DNA of 64,000 bases from Vulcanimicrobiota bacterium (GCA_963812135.1 CAWETU010000005.1:192001-256000), one strand, 5' to 3'. Positions 37,374 to 46,477 are shown, counted from the stretch's first letter. Notes: generated by a model not told the origin, from the letters alone. Numbers and translations are program-made.

Positions 37374-38345
37374 TTAAACGCAAAGCGATGGTGCAGGATG
37401 AGAAAAGTCGACGCCGGAGACCTTGACGACGGCCTGCCACGCGGCTTCCTGGTTGGCGCGATCGTGCAAGTGTGGGTGGCGCATCGCCTCAATTGGGCCG
37501 GTGAGCTTCTTGGGCGCCGAGGCGAAGAATTGCCCCGAGAGGTCGGTTCCGAACTCCGATGCCTGGAGGTAGCGACGAGCCGCGGTCTCAGGAGTATGAG
37601 ACATGCCGGGAATGAGCTTCATCAGCGGAATCATCAGCCACTTCAGGGCCGGCCCAGCGTTTCGCACGGCCTTGGTGTCGGGCGCGCTACCGGGCGAGAC
37701 AGCGTACACGGCCATGCCGGAGGGTAGTCGGCGCGCCAGCGCCGCCGCCCACCAAGCAATGATGAGCTTCGCGTCGGCATACGCCCGGTTGGGCTCGTAC
37801 TTCACGTTCGGCCCGCTGCGCAGCAGGGCTTCCACCGCGGCGCTCCGGTCGCCGTGGTATTTCGTGACCGCAAGGGCCGCCACGTCGGTGTAGCTGAACA
37901 GAGGGACGTCCCCACGGGCCGCTTCCGAGCCGGTGATAACAATCCGCGCGTTGGGACTCAGCAGGTTGGCGCGGAGCAACCCGACGGTCAGTTGATGATG
38001 GCCGATGAGCGGGGCCTGAGCCGCCTCGACGCCCGCCGTAGTGAGCACGCGCGCCTTGCCACCGACCATCCCGGCATTGAGCAGTAGGAAATCGATCGGC
38101 TGATCTCGCTTGACGAGCTCGGCGAGGGCGGACTGAACGCTGGATGGCGAGTCCAGATCCAGCTCTAACGGTGTGAAAACCCGCGTCTTGGTCTCAGCTG
38201 CGAGCTCAGCGGACGTTTCCTGTACCCGGGCCAGGCTGCGCCCGGTGACGATGACCTCGCGGTAGCCCTCGGCGGCTAGCATGCGGGCTGCCGCATGCCC
38301 AAGCCCGGAGGTAGTGCCGGTGACGAGAGCGATCAAATGCTTCAT
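37374..38345 (-). CDS. SDR family oxidoreductase
   Basis: TGTTSGLG, LNAG, YADAK; RBS GGAG. Confidence 0.88.
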   Translation of the reverse strand: MKHLIALVTGTTSGLGHAAARMLAAEGYREVIVTGRSLARVQETSAELAAETKTRVFTPLELDLDSPSSVQSALAELVKRDQPIDFLLLNAGMVGGKARVLTTAGVEAAQAPLIGHHQLTVGLLRANLLSPNARIVITGSEAARGDVPLFSYTDVAALAVTKYHGDRSAAVEALLRSGPNVKYEPNRAYADAKLIIAWWAAALARRLPSGMAVYAVSPGSAPDTKAVRNAGPALKWLMIPLMKLIPGMSHTPETAARRYLQASEFGTDLSGQFFASAPKKLTGPIEAMRHPHLHDRANQEAAWQAVVKVSGVDFSHPAPSLCV

Positions 38346-38473
38346 AAGTTGCTCCGTGGTGAAGAGGTAGGTCGAACCGGGAGTCCCCGCACGCCAGGGC
38401 ATCTTGCCAATTTCGAACCTTTCCGTATAATAATAATGGATTGGATGACCAAGGGCAAGGAGTTTCGAACTAA

Positions 38474-39106
38474 ATGATTCAAAATACCGCCAGGCCACGT
38501 GGACGACCGCGTAGCTTCGACGAGAGGGACGCGCTGGAAAAAGCGACCCAGGTGTTCTGGTTGAAAGGCTACGACGGAGTGACGATCGACGATCTCGTCG
38601 CCGGGATGGGAGTCGGGCGGCCGAGTCTGTATTCAGTTTTTGGGTCCAAGCGGAAGATATTCTTGCGTGTCCTCCATGCGTACGCCGAGAGGAAGGGCGC
38701 TCTCGCCGCGAAGGCACTCCTCGCGCCGCAGGCTCTGCGCGACTCGCTCGCAAGCTTTCTGAGGTACGCTGTCGCAAGCGCGACCGAGAAAGGGTCCGCC
38801 CGGGGCTGCCTTCTGGAGTGCGTCGCGCCGCTTGTGAACGACGCTGAGGTTCGGCGGTTCCTGCAGAGCACGGTCGCGGGCGCCGCGGCGCTGGTGGAGC
38901 GCCGTTTCCGGGACGGGATCTGCGCGGGAGACATCCCGTCTGACTTTCCGGTAGCCGCGCGCGCGATCCAAGTCACGGATTTTGCTCGTGGCCTGACCAT
39001 GCGTGCGCGGATAGGCACGCCGCGCAAGACGCTCCTCAAAGATGCTGAGGAAGCGGCCGATTTGGTGCTCCTGCCATGGCGTCGAAATGCGGCGTCAGGG
39101 CATTGA
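38474..39106 (+). CDS. TetR/AcrR family regulator
   Basis: RGRPRSFD, FWLKGYDG, SLYSVFGSK; divergent from the SDR gene. Confidence 0.92.
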   Translation: MIQNTARPRGRPRSFDERDALEKATQVFWLKGYDGVTIDDLVAGMGVGRPSLYSVFGSKRKIFLRVLHAYAERKGALAAKALLAPQALRDSLASFLRYAVASATEKGSARGCLLECVAPLVNDAEVRRFLQSTVAGAAALVERRFRDGICAGDIPSDFPVAARAIQVTDFARGLTMRARIGTPRKTLLKDAEEAADLVLLPWRRNAASGH

Positions 39107-39202
39107 CGCTGGATGGTGAGAGCGACCCGCGAGCCGCCGAGTCGCCATGTGCGATCCTACACTTTGCCAAAACGCAATCGCGCCAGATCGAAGCGAGAAT
39201 TC

Positions 39203-39237
39203 CGAAACCGCTGCTCTACCGGCTGAGCTACGTCGGC
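39203..39237 (-). repeat. Exact copy of tRNA-Thr nucleotides 1-35 (att-like fragment)
   Basis: CGAAACCGCTGCTCTACCGGCTGAGCTACGTCGGC is identical to 36675-36709. Confidence 0.92.
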
Positions 39238-39298
39238 ACGCTATCTGCGGGGCAAATCGCGAACCGTCATTTTCTCAAAGGCCTTTCGCCGCGCCTCG

Positions 39299-39862
39299 CT
39301 AGCCGCTGGTCTCCGCGAGTTCCGGCCACGTGACATCGATCCGCAGTCGTGGTACGCCTTTGGGGTATGCCCCTTCCGCATGTTGCGCATTCCATTCGCG
39401 CGCGCGGACCACCAGATATTCAAAATTCTCCCACACGACAGGACCAGATCGGCTGCGCACGAGTGGAACGATGCCCTCAATGATTTCCCACGCTTGTGTG
39501 ACCCGAAATGAATAGACATCGAGCAGCGACTCTTCGGGGATGAGGTTGTGCTTCACAAGGCTGCCGACCCAATCGTACGAGTTCGCGAGGTTTAACCAGG
39601 CGTTGTTCTTGCGATCAAACGTCCCATCCAAGATCGCACGCCGGTACGCTGGATCGGGAAGACGGTCCGCGACCACCTGTCTCGCATTATCCACCCATTC
39701 GTTGAATTGCGGATCTTCGACGCGCGCCAAGACAGTGAGCAAACCCGTGAGCTGGTTTTGCGCCCGGAGGTGACGCAGCTGCACGACGGCTGCGACGGCG
39801 GTAGCCGCGATCACGATGAAGGTTCCGATGGCGGCTGCCGTAGCTAATGTCTCTTGCGACAT
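39299..39862 (-). CDS. Hypothetical protein with N-terminal TM helix (DUF4760-like)
   Basis: TM helix, then N.YDW.G.LVK and WENFEYL motifs. Confidence 0.7.
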   Translation of the reverse strand: MSQETLATAAAIGTFIVIAATAVAAVVQLRHLRAQNQLTGLLTVLARVEDPQFNEWVDNARQVVADRLPDPAYRRAILDGTFDRKNNAWLNLANSYDWVGSLVKHNLIPEESLLDVYSFRVTQAWEIIEGIVPLVRSRSGPVVWENFEYLVVRAREWNAQHAEGAYPKGVPRLRIDVTWPELAETSG

Positions 39863-40007
39863 GATATATTCTCCCGCTTTGTAAGAGCGCTGGGCTGCGA
39901 ACGAGAAACACGATGGCGATCAATCCTGCGCTTGAGGAGCCATCGCTTCGAGATGCTCGGGGATTCGAGCGCGTCCGAGGAGACCCTGTACGAGCGGCGT
40001 CGCATCG

Positions 40008-41765
40008 GTGGCGGGTGAATGCGTCGCGGTGCGCCAAGCGTCCGGCCGAACGATGTTCCTATTCGTCTTTCTCATCGGCGCGTTGCTCTCGCGTGCGAAC
40101 GCCGATTGGCCCACCTATGGGTACTCCTACGACAACACGCGGCATACGCCGCTTGTCCAGATCGATGCGCGCAACGTCACGTCGCTCGCCAAAGCGTGGG
40201 AGTATCAGGACTCTGCGTATGGTCAGATGGAGTCATCGCCCATCGTCGTCAATGGCACGATGTATCTGACCACTGGCGAGTACGACGGCGTGATCGCCCT
40301 CGACGCGGCGACCGGCGCAAAGAAGTGGGAGTTCACCCCGACGCTCGGTCGTTTCTACTTCTGCTGCGCCAAAGCCAACCGCGGCGTGGCCATCGCTGAC
40401 GGGCTCGTGTTCCTCGCCACGCTCGACGGCCGTCTCATCGCGCTCGATCAGCGTTCGGGATCGAAGCGCTGGGAGACAGCGGTCGGCGATCCGCTCGATG
40501 GCTTTAGCGAGACGATGGCGCCGCTCGTGTGGTCGGGCATGGTCCTCATCGGCAGCTCTGGCGGCGACTTCGGCATTCGCGGCTCGTTCTCGGCGTACCG
40601 CGCGTCGAATGGAAAACTGCTGTGGCGCTGGTGGTCGACGAATCCTGGTTGGGAAGGTTCGTTCGTTCCGAGCGTGCACGGCTATTCGCTGCATCGCGAC
40701 ATCGCGCAAGAACGTGCGGACGCGCCCCGCTATCGCGACGCGTGGCGCCATGGCGGCGGGGCGGCCTGGATGACTCCAGCGCTGGATCCGAGCGGTGCGA
40801 CGATCTATCTTTCGACGGGCAACCCGTCGCCCAGCTATAACGCGGAGACACGCCCCGGCGACAACCTGTACACGAATTCAATCGTCGCGTTAGATGCCCG
40901 AACCGGCCGCATGCGCTGGTACTACCAAGAGACGCCGCACGACGTGTGGGATTACGACGCCGCCAGTCCCCCGCTCTTATTCGACGCACTCGATCGGCAT
41001 GGCCGGCGCACGCACGCCGTCGGCGAAGCTGGCAAGACCGGCTGGCTATATGTGCTCGACCGCTCGACCGGACGTGAACTACGCGTCTCTCAGAACGTCG
41101 TGCCGCAGCGCGACATGTATGCCGCTCGCGGCAATGCGACGATGGAACCCGGCGTCCAGGGCGGCGCTATCGGACCTGCATCGTACGATCCACGCTTGCA
41201 CCTGGTCTTCATCGCCGCCGTGGACGGCCCCGATCTGCATTTGCCTGCGCCCGCCAACGCTCGACGCCCGGACAAGCTCTGGCTAGCCGGAAGCACGCAA
41301 GCGACGAGTCACACGCTCAACTATCTCTGCGCGGTCGATCCCGACACCGGCCGTCTGGTGTGGCGCCGGCATCTCTCAGGCGGCCCGGGCGAGCGCTTCA
41401 ATCTCGGTTTTATCAGCGGGTCGCTATCGTCCGGTGACATCGTCTTTGTGCCCGAGCCGAACGGCACGTTCTATGCGCTTGACGCCGGCACAGGCGACGT
41501 TCTCTGGCGATACGCAGTCGGTTTGGGCGACGTTCCGACGACGCAGAACGACATGACGTTTTCGGAACGGCTCCAAGCGTCTGCTCGCGCGCTGTTCGTG
41601 AAGCTCTTCGATCGGCCGGAGGGCCCGCCCGAGCACGCGCGCCTTGACGCCCCGCCCATCCGTTATGTCGTGAACGGTCGCGAATATATCGCGCTGTGCG
41701 CCGATGTCTTCTCCGGCGGAGTGGAGCGCAACGTCGTGATGTCGTTCGCGCTTCCCACGCGTTGA
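40008..41765 (+). CDS. PQQ-binding beta-propeller dehydrogenase (alcohol dehydrogenase-like)
   Basis: DWPTYG, ALDAATG..KW repeats, vicinal CC, NRG, TGNP, HDVWDYD; start uncertain (40008-40053). Confidence 0.88.
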   Translation: MAGECVAVRQASGRTMFLFVFLIGALLSRANADWPTYGYSYDNTRHTPLVQIDARNVTSLAKAWEYQDSAYGQMESSPIVVNGTMYLTTGEYDGVIALDAATGAKKWEFTPTLGRFYFCCAKANRGVAIADGLVFLATLDGRLIALDQRSGSKRWETAVGDPLDGFSETMAPLVWSGMVLIGSSGGDFGIRGSFSAYRASNGKLLWRWWSTNPGWEGSFVPSVHGYSLHRDIAQERADAPRYRDAWRHGGGAAWMTPALDPSGATIYLSTGNPSPSYNAETRPGDNLYTNSIVALDARTGRMRWYYQETPHDVWDYDAASPPLLFDALDRHGRRTHAVGEAGKTGWLYVLDRSTGRELRVSQNVVPQRDMYAARGNATMEPGVQGGAIGPASYDPRLHLVFIAAVDGPDLHLPAPANARRPDKLWLAGSTQATSHTLNYLCAVDPDTGRLVWRRHLSGGPGERFNLGFISGSLSSGDIVFVPEPNGTFYALDAGTGDVLWRYAVGLGDVPTTQNDMTFSERLQASARALFVKLFDRPEGPPEHARLDAPPIRYVVNGREYIALCADVFSGGVERNVVMSFALPTR

Positions 41766-43348
41766 CACGCGCGATCGCGGTCATCCTCGGTGTCCTGCTC
41801 GGACTTCTCGCGCTAAGCTGGCCGCTCGCCTCCGAACGTCGCCAACCATTTCTTGAAGACGGCGACCTGGTGATGAGCTCGGTCGAAGGACCCGCAGCCT
41901 GCGCCGTGTCGTACGATGGCTTCATCTGGTACGAGGTCGGGCCGGGTGACTTCCCGCCAATCGCGCTGCGGCACAGCCGATGCCCGGCTGGTTCGCGTCT
42001 CGTCGCGCGGCTGAGTCCGCCGGTGCCGGCATGGGCCGTGCCGAGCGGCCGGACGCAAGCGCTGTTCGTCGCCGCGTCGTTTCACGAGATCCCGTCGCGC
42101 GCTGGCATGATGAGGCTTGCGCAGCTCGCGCATCGCTACGCGATTCCGGTGACCTGGATGACCGGACAGCCCGCGACGTTCGACGTGACGGGTGACCTCT
42201 ACGATTCTTATCACCGCCAGTACGGCGACGATTTGCAGACGCGGCCGACGAACCACAATCCGAACGCAGTGTCGCAAACGCCGACTCATTTCGCGCAGTT
42301 GGCCGCGCGGCGTTTTGCGTGGTTCCGGCCGACGGTCGCAATCGAGGGCAGCGGGTACGAGCGCGGCATCGCCTCAGACTTCAATGAGGGGTATCGATCG
42401 TTCTGGGGCATCGCGTGGAACTCGCATGGCTTGGACAACGACTACGATGAAGGCACACCCTGGGGAGCGTACTGCGCGGATCCTGCTTCGTATCGGCGGC
42501 CGGCCGGCGACGGCTCGTGCAGCCTTGTCGGTCTGGAATGGACAGCTCGCGACCTGACGCGCGCCGCGATCAGCGACCACGAGGAATTCTACTCCACCGA
42601 TCCCGATGATTTGCAAGTGGCGGGATTCGATCGACTGAGCGGCGTGTCATACGCACGCGCGTTGGTCGATGCGTATGCAGCGGCCGGCGCAACGCAGCCA
42701 CTTGTTATGGTCGTTCAGCAAGAGACCGATCAGATGGAGCACGCGCCGTTCTGGTCCGATGTTTCGACGTCGAGCGTCATACTCGACGCCCTCTACGCGG
42801 AAGCGAAAGCGGACGGGATGCGCGCGTTGACCATGTCCGATGCCGCGCACGAAGCAGCGCGCTTTGCCGCGCAGCCGCGCGCGATCGCCTTTCCTTATAT
42901 AGCGACCATTGCCGTGCCCGAGGCGTGGGCGCCGTGGTCGTATCGCGGGCCATACCCAGCGACGATCGACTACCACGACACGAAAGCTGGGATGAGCTTT
43001 GTGGAAGGCCGCACGACGCCGGTTCGGGTGTTTCCCTACGATCGCGCGCGGACGTCCAGCTCCTTCTTGACGCTTCCGCGACTCGAGCGTTCGGAGATGC
43101 CGAAACTCGTCGGCGCGGAGTTTCACGACAAGACGCTGACGCTCGACTTCGATTCGCTAGTTGCGGTCCGCTACGGCGTCGCGTTGTGGAGCGATCCGGA
43201 GAAGATCCGATGGAGCTCCGCGCACGCGCAGATCACGTACGCTGGCCGCGCAGGAGCGGTCGCGGCATTTGACTTGCCGCGCGGTCGTTCAACACTGGTC
43301 TTGACCTGCGCTGGATGCAACGGATCGCCGTTCCCGCTAGCGCCGTAG
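41762..43348 (+). CDS. Secreted hypothetical protein
   Basis: TTG start overlaps the PQQ stop; signal peptide; long ORF. Confidence 0.7.
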   Translation: MTRAIAVILGVLLGLLALSWPLASERRQPFLEDGDLVMSSVEGPAACAVSYDGFIWYEVGPGDFPPIALRHSRCPAGSRLVARLSPPVPAWAVPSGRTQALFVAASFHEIPSRAGMMRLAQLAHRYAIPVTWMTGQPATFDVTGDLYDSYHRQYGDDLQTRPTNHNPNAVSQTPTHFAQLAARRFAWFRPTVAIEGSGYERGIASDFNEGYRSFWGIAWNSHGLDNDYDEGTPWGAYCADPASYRRPAGDGSCSLVGLEWTARDLTRAAISDHEEFYSTDPDDLQVAGFDRLSGVSYARALVDAYAAAGATQPLVMVVQQETDQMEHAPFWSDVSTSSVILDALYAEAKADGMRALTMSDAAHEAARFAAQPRAIAFPYIATIAVPEAWAPWSYRGPYPATIDYHDTKAGMSFVEGRTTPVRVFPYDRARTSSSFLTLPRLERSEMPKLVGAEFHDKTLTLDFDSLVAVRYGVALWSDPEKIRWSSAHAQITYAGRAGAVAAFDLPRGRSTLVLTCAGCNGSPFPLAP

Positions 43349-43365
43349 AGCCTCCGGGTCGTGTA

Positions 43366-44715
43366 TTAGTACTCCGAGTGTTCTAAATCCAGATCCGAAA
43401 ACGCCGTAAATTTCTTGTCGAAGCGCAGCATCACCGTGCCCGTCGGACCGTTGCGTTGCTTCGCGATGATCAGCTCGGCGATGTTCTCGTTCTCGGGCGT
43501 CGGCGGGTTGTAGTAGTCGTCGCGGTAGATGAACGCGACCACATCGGCTTCTTGCTCGATGCCGCCCGACTCGCGCAAATCGGAGAGCAGCGGCCGTTTA
43601 TCGTTGCGCATCTCGGGCGAGCGATTGAGCTGCGCGAGGGCGACGACCGGCACCTTGAGCTCTTTCGCCAGCGTCTTGAGGCCGCGGCAGATGTCGTCGA
43701 TGATCTCGACGCGGTTGGTCGCGCGAGCATTGCTCGATTGCAGCAGCTGGAGATAGTCGACGATGATCAGGTCGAGCCCGTACTTGGCATGCAGGCGGCG
43801 GGCGCGCGAGCGGACCTCGCTCACTCGGAGCGCTGCGGAGTCGTCGATCTGGATCGACAGGTCCGCTAGCTCGCCCATCGCGGCGGAAATCTTGCCCCAG
43901 TCGTCGTCCTTGATGTTGCCGCTGCGCAGCCGCTGCGCATCGATCTTCGATTCAGAGGAGAGCAGGCGCTGGATGAGCTGGTTGCTGCTCATCTCCAACG
44001 AGAACACGGCGACCGAGCGGCCCGCCTGCTTCGCCGCGTGTACCGCGACGTTGAGCGCGAGCGACGTCTTGCCCATGGACGGCCGGGCCGCGATGATCAC
44101 GAGCTCGCCGGCTTGGAAGCCCGCCGTGAAGTGGTCGAGCGCTTTGAAGCCCGAGGGGACGCCGGTGATCTGGCCCTGCTGATGGTAGAGTTTGTTGATC
44201 TGTTCGAAGGCCGGCTTGAGCAGGTCTTTGACCTGCGTGAAGCCGCCTTGCTGGCGATGGCCGATCTGGAAGATCATCTGCTCGCACTGGTCGAGCGTCT
44301 CTTCCACGTCTTCGGTGGGCTCGAAGCCCGCTACGGAGATCCGTCCCCCCGCCGTGATGAGCGCGCGCAGTATGGCCTTCTCCGCCACGACCTTCGCGTA
44401 GTACTCGGCCGACGCGGTCGTGGGGACCGCGTTGAGCAGCTGGGTCAAAAAGTCGAGTCCGCCGACGTCATCGAGCAAGCGGCGCCTGCGCAGCTCTTCG
44501 GCGACCGAGATCTTGTCGACCGGCTCGCCGCGCTCGTACAGCGCGCTGATGACCTCGTACATCGTGCCGTGATGCGGCGCGTAGAAGTCCTCGCGCCTGA
44601 CGATTTCGCCGACGATCGGCACAAGCTCACGATCGACCATCAACGAACCAAGAACCGCCTGCTCGGCGTCGAGGTTCTGCGGCGGGATGCGATCGATCGG
44701 GGATGCCAATGCCAT
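43366..44715 (-). CDS. dnaB: Replicative DNA helicase
   Basis: AARPSMGKT, FSLEM, VDYLQL, SDLRESGGIEQEAD, KQRNGPTG. Confidence 0.98.
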   Translation of the reverse strand: MALASPIDRIPPQNLDAEQAVLGSLMVDRELVPIVGEIVRREDFYAPHHGTMYEVISALYERGEPVDKISVAEELRRRRLLDDVGGLDFLTQLLNAVPTTASAEYYAKVVAEKAILRALITAGGRISVAGFEPTEDVEETLDQCEQMIFQIGHRQQGGFTQVKDLLKPAFEQINKLYHQQGQITGVPSGFKALDHFTAGFQAGELVIIAARPSMGKTSLALNVAVHAAKQAGRSVAVFSLEMSSNQLIQRLLSSESKIDAQRLRSGNIKDDDWGKISAAMGELADLSIQIDDSAALRVSEVRSRARRLHAKYGLDLIIVDYLQLLQSSNARATNRVEIIDDICRGLKTLAKELKVPVVALAQLNRSPEMRNDKRPLLSDLRESGGIEQEADVVAFIYRDDYYNPPTPENENIAELIIAKQRNGPTGTVMLRFDKKFTAFSDLDLEHSEY

Positions 44716-44723
44716 GATGCTAC

Positions 44724-44753
44724 ATTACATCACACGGCGATGACGTCTGGCAA
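44724..44753 (-). promoter_or_regulatory. dnaB promoter (probably leaderless transcript)
   Basis: TTGCCA-18 nt-TGTAAT, 8 nt upstream of the ATG, no SD. Confidence 0.55.
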
Positions 44754-44810
44754 GTTCTTCGAGCGTATTTCTTGTGGAGAGCGCGTGGAGAGAAATTGGG
44801 GATAACGCGA

Positions 44811-44840
44811 ATAGTGCCCGGCGAATCCGCCGAGCACTAT
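44811..44840 (-). terminator. Hairpin downstream of rplI
   Basis: ATAGTGCTCGGCG-gatt-CGCCGGGCACTAT on the minus strand (one G-U pair); weak U tract. Confidence 0.5.
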
Positions 44841-44868
44841 ATCTTGTGTCTCTTTCGCGACGAAATAT

Positions 44869-45315
44869 CTATTCCGCGACGACGCGCACGATGAGCTTTG
44901 CGTTCACGCCAGGGACAAGCTTGACGGTGACCTCGTGGTCGCCGGCGCTCTTGATCGGCTCCTCGAGCTCGATCTTGTGGCGGTCGATCTCGATCGCCAG
45001 CGACGCCTGTACCGCTTCGGCGACCTGTGCGTTGGTCACCGCGCCGAACAGCTTGCCGCTCTCGCCCGCCTTGGCGGGGATGACGATCGGCTTGCCCTCG
45101 AGCCTGGCGGCCAATTCCCTCGCGTCGGCCAACGCGACGGCGGCGCGCTTATCGTGGGCGGCGCGCTGCGACTCGGCTTGCGCGAGGTTGCCGCGCGTCG
45201 CCTCGACGGCGATCCCGCGCGGCAGCAAGAAGTTGCGCCCGTAACCGTCGGCGACGCTGTGGATCTCGCCGGCGGCGCCGAGCCCCTTGTGGTCCTTCTT
45301 CAGTATGACTTTCAC
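44869..45315 (-). CDS. rplI: 50S ribosomal protein L9
   Basis: [21 protein letters not shown]. Confidence 0.96.
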   Translation of the reverse strand: MKVILKKDHKGLGAAGEIHSVADGYGRNFLLPRGIAVEATRGNLAQAESQRAAHDKRAAVALADARELAARLEGKPIVIPAKAGESGKLFGAVTNAQVAEAVQASLAIEIDRHKIELEEPIKSAGDHEVTVKLVPGVNAKLIVRVVAE

Positions 45316-45317
45316 GC

Positions 45318-45581
45318 TCACTCCGCAGCGAACGACAGCAGCGCGATAACGCGGGCGCGCTTGATCGCAGAGGTCACTGCGCGCTGGTGCTTGGCGCACG
45401 TGCCCGAGATGCGGCGCGGCACGATCTTGCCGCGTTCCGATACGTACTTGCGCAGCTTGGGCGTATCTTTGTAATCGATCTCGGTGATCTTGTCGACGCA
45501 GAAAGAGCAGACTTTGCGTTTGGGCTTGCGCTCAACGCCGTTCTTCTTCTTCGGCCTCTTCATCTTAGTGCGAGGTGGCAT
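45318..45581 (-). CDS. rpsR: 30S ribosomal protein S18 (zinc-binding C+ type)
   Basis: [26 protein letters not shown]. Confidence 0.97.
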   Translation of the reverse strand: MPPRTKMKRPKKKNGVERKPKRKVCSFCVDKITEIDYKDTPKLRKYVSERGKIVPRRISGTCAKHQRAVTSAIKRARVIALLSFAAE

Positions 45582-46028
45582 TTAAAACGGAACCTCTTCC
45601 TCTGACTCGGCGTCGAATTTGTACTCGGGAAGGTCGCTCGCCGGCGCCGCCGGACGATCGCTTGCCGCGCCCGCATTGCCAGCACCACCCGCGCCGCCTG
45701 GGCGCGAATCGAGCATCTGGAAGTCGTCGGCGACGACTTCGACTGCGGTGCGACGGTTGTTATCTTTGTCGGTGTACTCGCGGATCTGCAGGCGGCCGGC
45801 GATCAACACAAGCCGACCCTTCTGCAAGAACTCGGCCGCGCGCTCGGCGCGCTGACGCCAAACGCTCACGCCGAAGAAATCGGTCTGCTTCTCGCCGCCG
45901 TCACGGCCGCGCGGGCGGTCGACGGCGATGCGAAACGACGTCACGGGGATGCCCGCTTGCGTCTGACGCAGTTCCGGGTCGGCGACGAGTCTGCCGACCA
46001 AAACGATGTGGTTATAAGCTCCGGCCAC
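45582..46028 (-). CDS. ssb: Single-stranded DNA-binding protein
   Basis: LVGRLVADPELR, acidic VPF C-terminus. Confidence 0.97.
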   Translation of the reverse strand: MAGAYNHIVLVGRLVADPELRQTQAGIPVTSFRIAVDRPRGRDGGEKQTDFFGVSVWRQRAERAAEFLQKGRLVLIAGRLQIREYTDKDNNRRTAVEVVADDFQMLDSRPGGAGGAGNAGAASDRPAAPASDLPEYKFDAESEEEVPF

Positions 46029-46048
46029 GATAGGAATCCTCCGTTAGT

Positions 46049-46330
46049 TCAATCTCTGATGAGGAGGGCGCGAAGCACGTCATCGTGCAGCCGCAGCTGG
46101 CGGATCGCCTCTTTGGCAGAATCCGCCGAGCCGTCGAACTTCATGCAGATGTAGTGACCTTCGCGTTGTTTCTTGATTTCGTAGGCCAGCCGTCTCTTGC
46201 CCATCGGTTCGATGGTGATCTCGCTGGCGCCGTTGTTCTTCACGACGTCGGAGAAATGCGAAGACAGCTCGATGACCTGCGGGTCTTCGAGCGCGGGGCG
46301 AAGGATGTACGTGATCTCGTAAAGCGACAC
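46049..46330 (-). CDS. rpsF: 30S ribosomal protein S6
   Basis: YEITYILRP, GKRRLAYEIKK..EGHY. Confidence 0.97.
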   Translation of the reverse strand: MSLYEITYILRPALEDPQVIELSSHFSDVVKNNGASEITIEPMGKRRLAYEIKKQREGHYICMKFDGSADSAKEAIRQLRLHDDVLRALLIRD

Positions 46331-46339
46331 AGTGCGTGC

Positions 46340-46471
46340 GCTGCCTCCCCATGGGCGGTGGCTTGTCCTGACCGGCGCTTGGGAGCGCCGCGGGCGAGCA
46401 GGAAGGATAGTGTGTAGTCCCGGCTACTTGAGCCGGGCCTCGCGATCAAAATCGCGAGACTACACGCAAGC
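46340..46471 (-). ncRNA. Structured rpsF leader (S6:S18-type autoregulatory RNA plus a 5' three-way junction)
   Basis: CCTTCCT anti-SD can pair with GGGGAGG, CCG motif near the SD, perfect three-way junction at 46412-46465. Confidence 0.6.
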
Positions 46472-46477
46472 CCAGGC

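Larger units (their letters stand above)
36675..39237. mobile_element. Degenerate tRNA-Thr-associated integrative element
   Basis: 35-bp direct repeat of the tRNA 5' half at both ends, integrase remnant, SDR/TetR cargo. Confidence 0.65.

Noticed and set aside
37374..38777. 467-aa version of the SDR ORF
   Set aside because: The extension overlaps the divergent TetR; the real start is the ATG at 38345 with an RBS
39203..39237. Second functional or split tRNA
   Set aside because: No T arm or 3' acceptor strand follows, and no separate 3' half was seen in the window
39905..39980. Hairpins upstream of the PQQ gene as a riboswitch
   Set aside because: Stems exist (CGATGGC...GCCATCG) but match no riboswitch consensus I recognise; plausible by chance at this GC content
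44716..44868. oriC between rplI and dnaB
   Set aside because: Only one near-consensus DnaA box and no AT-rich unwinding element
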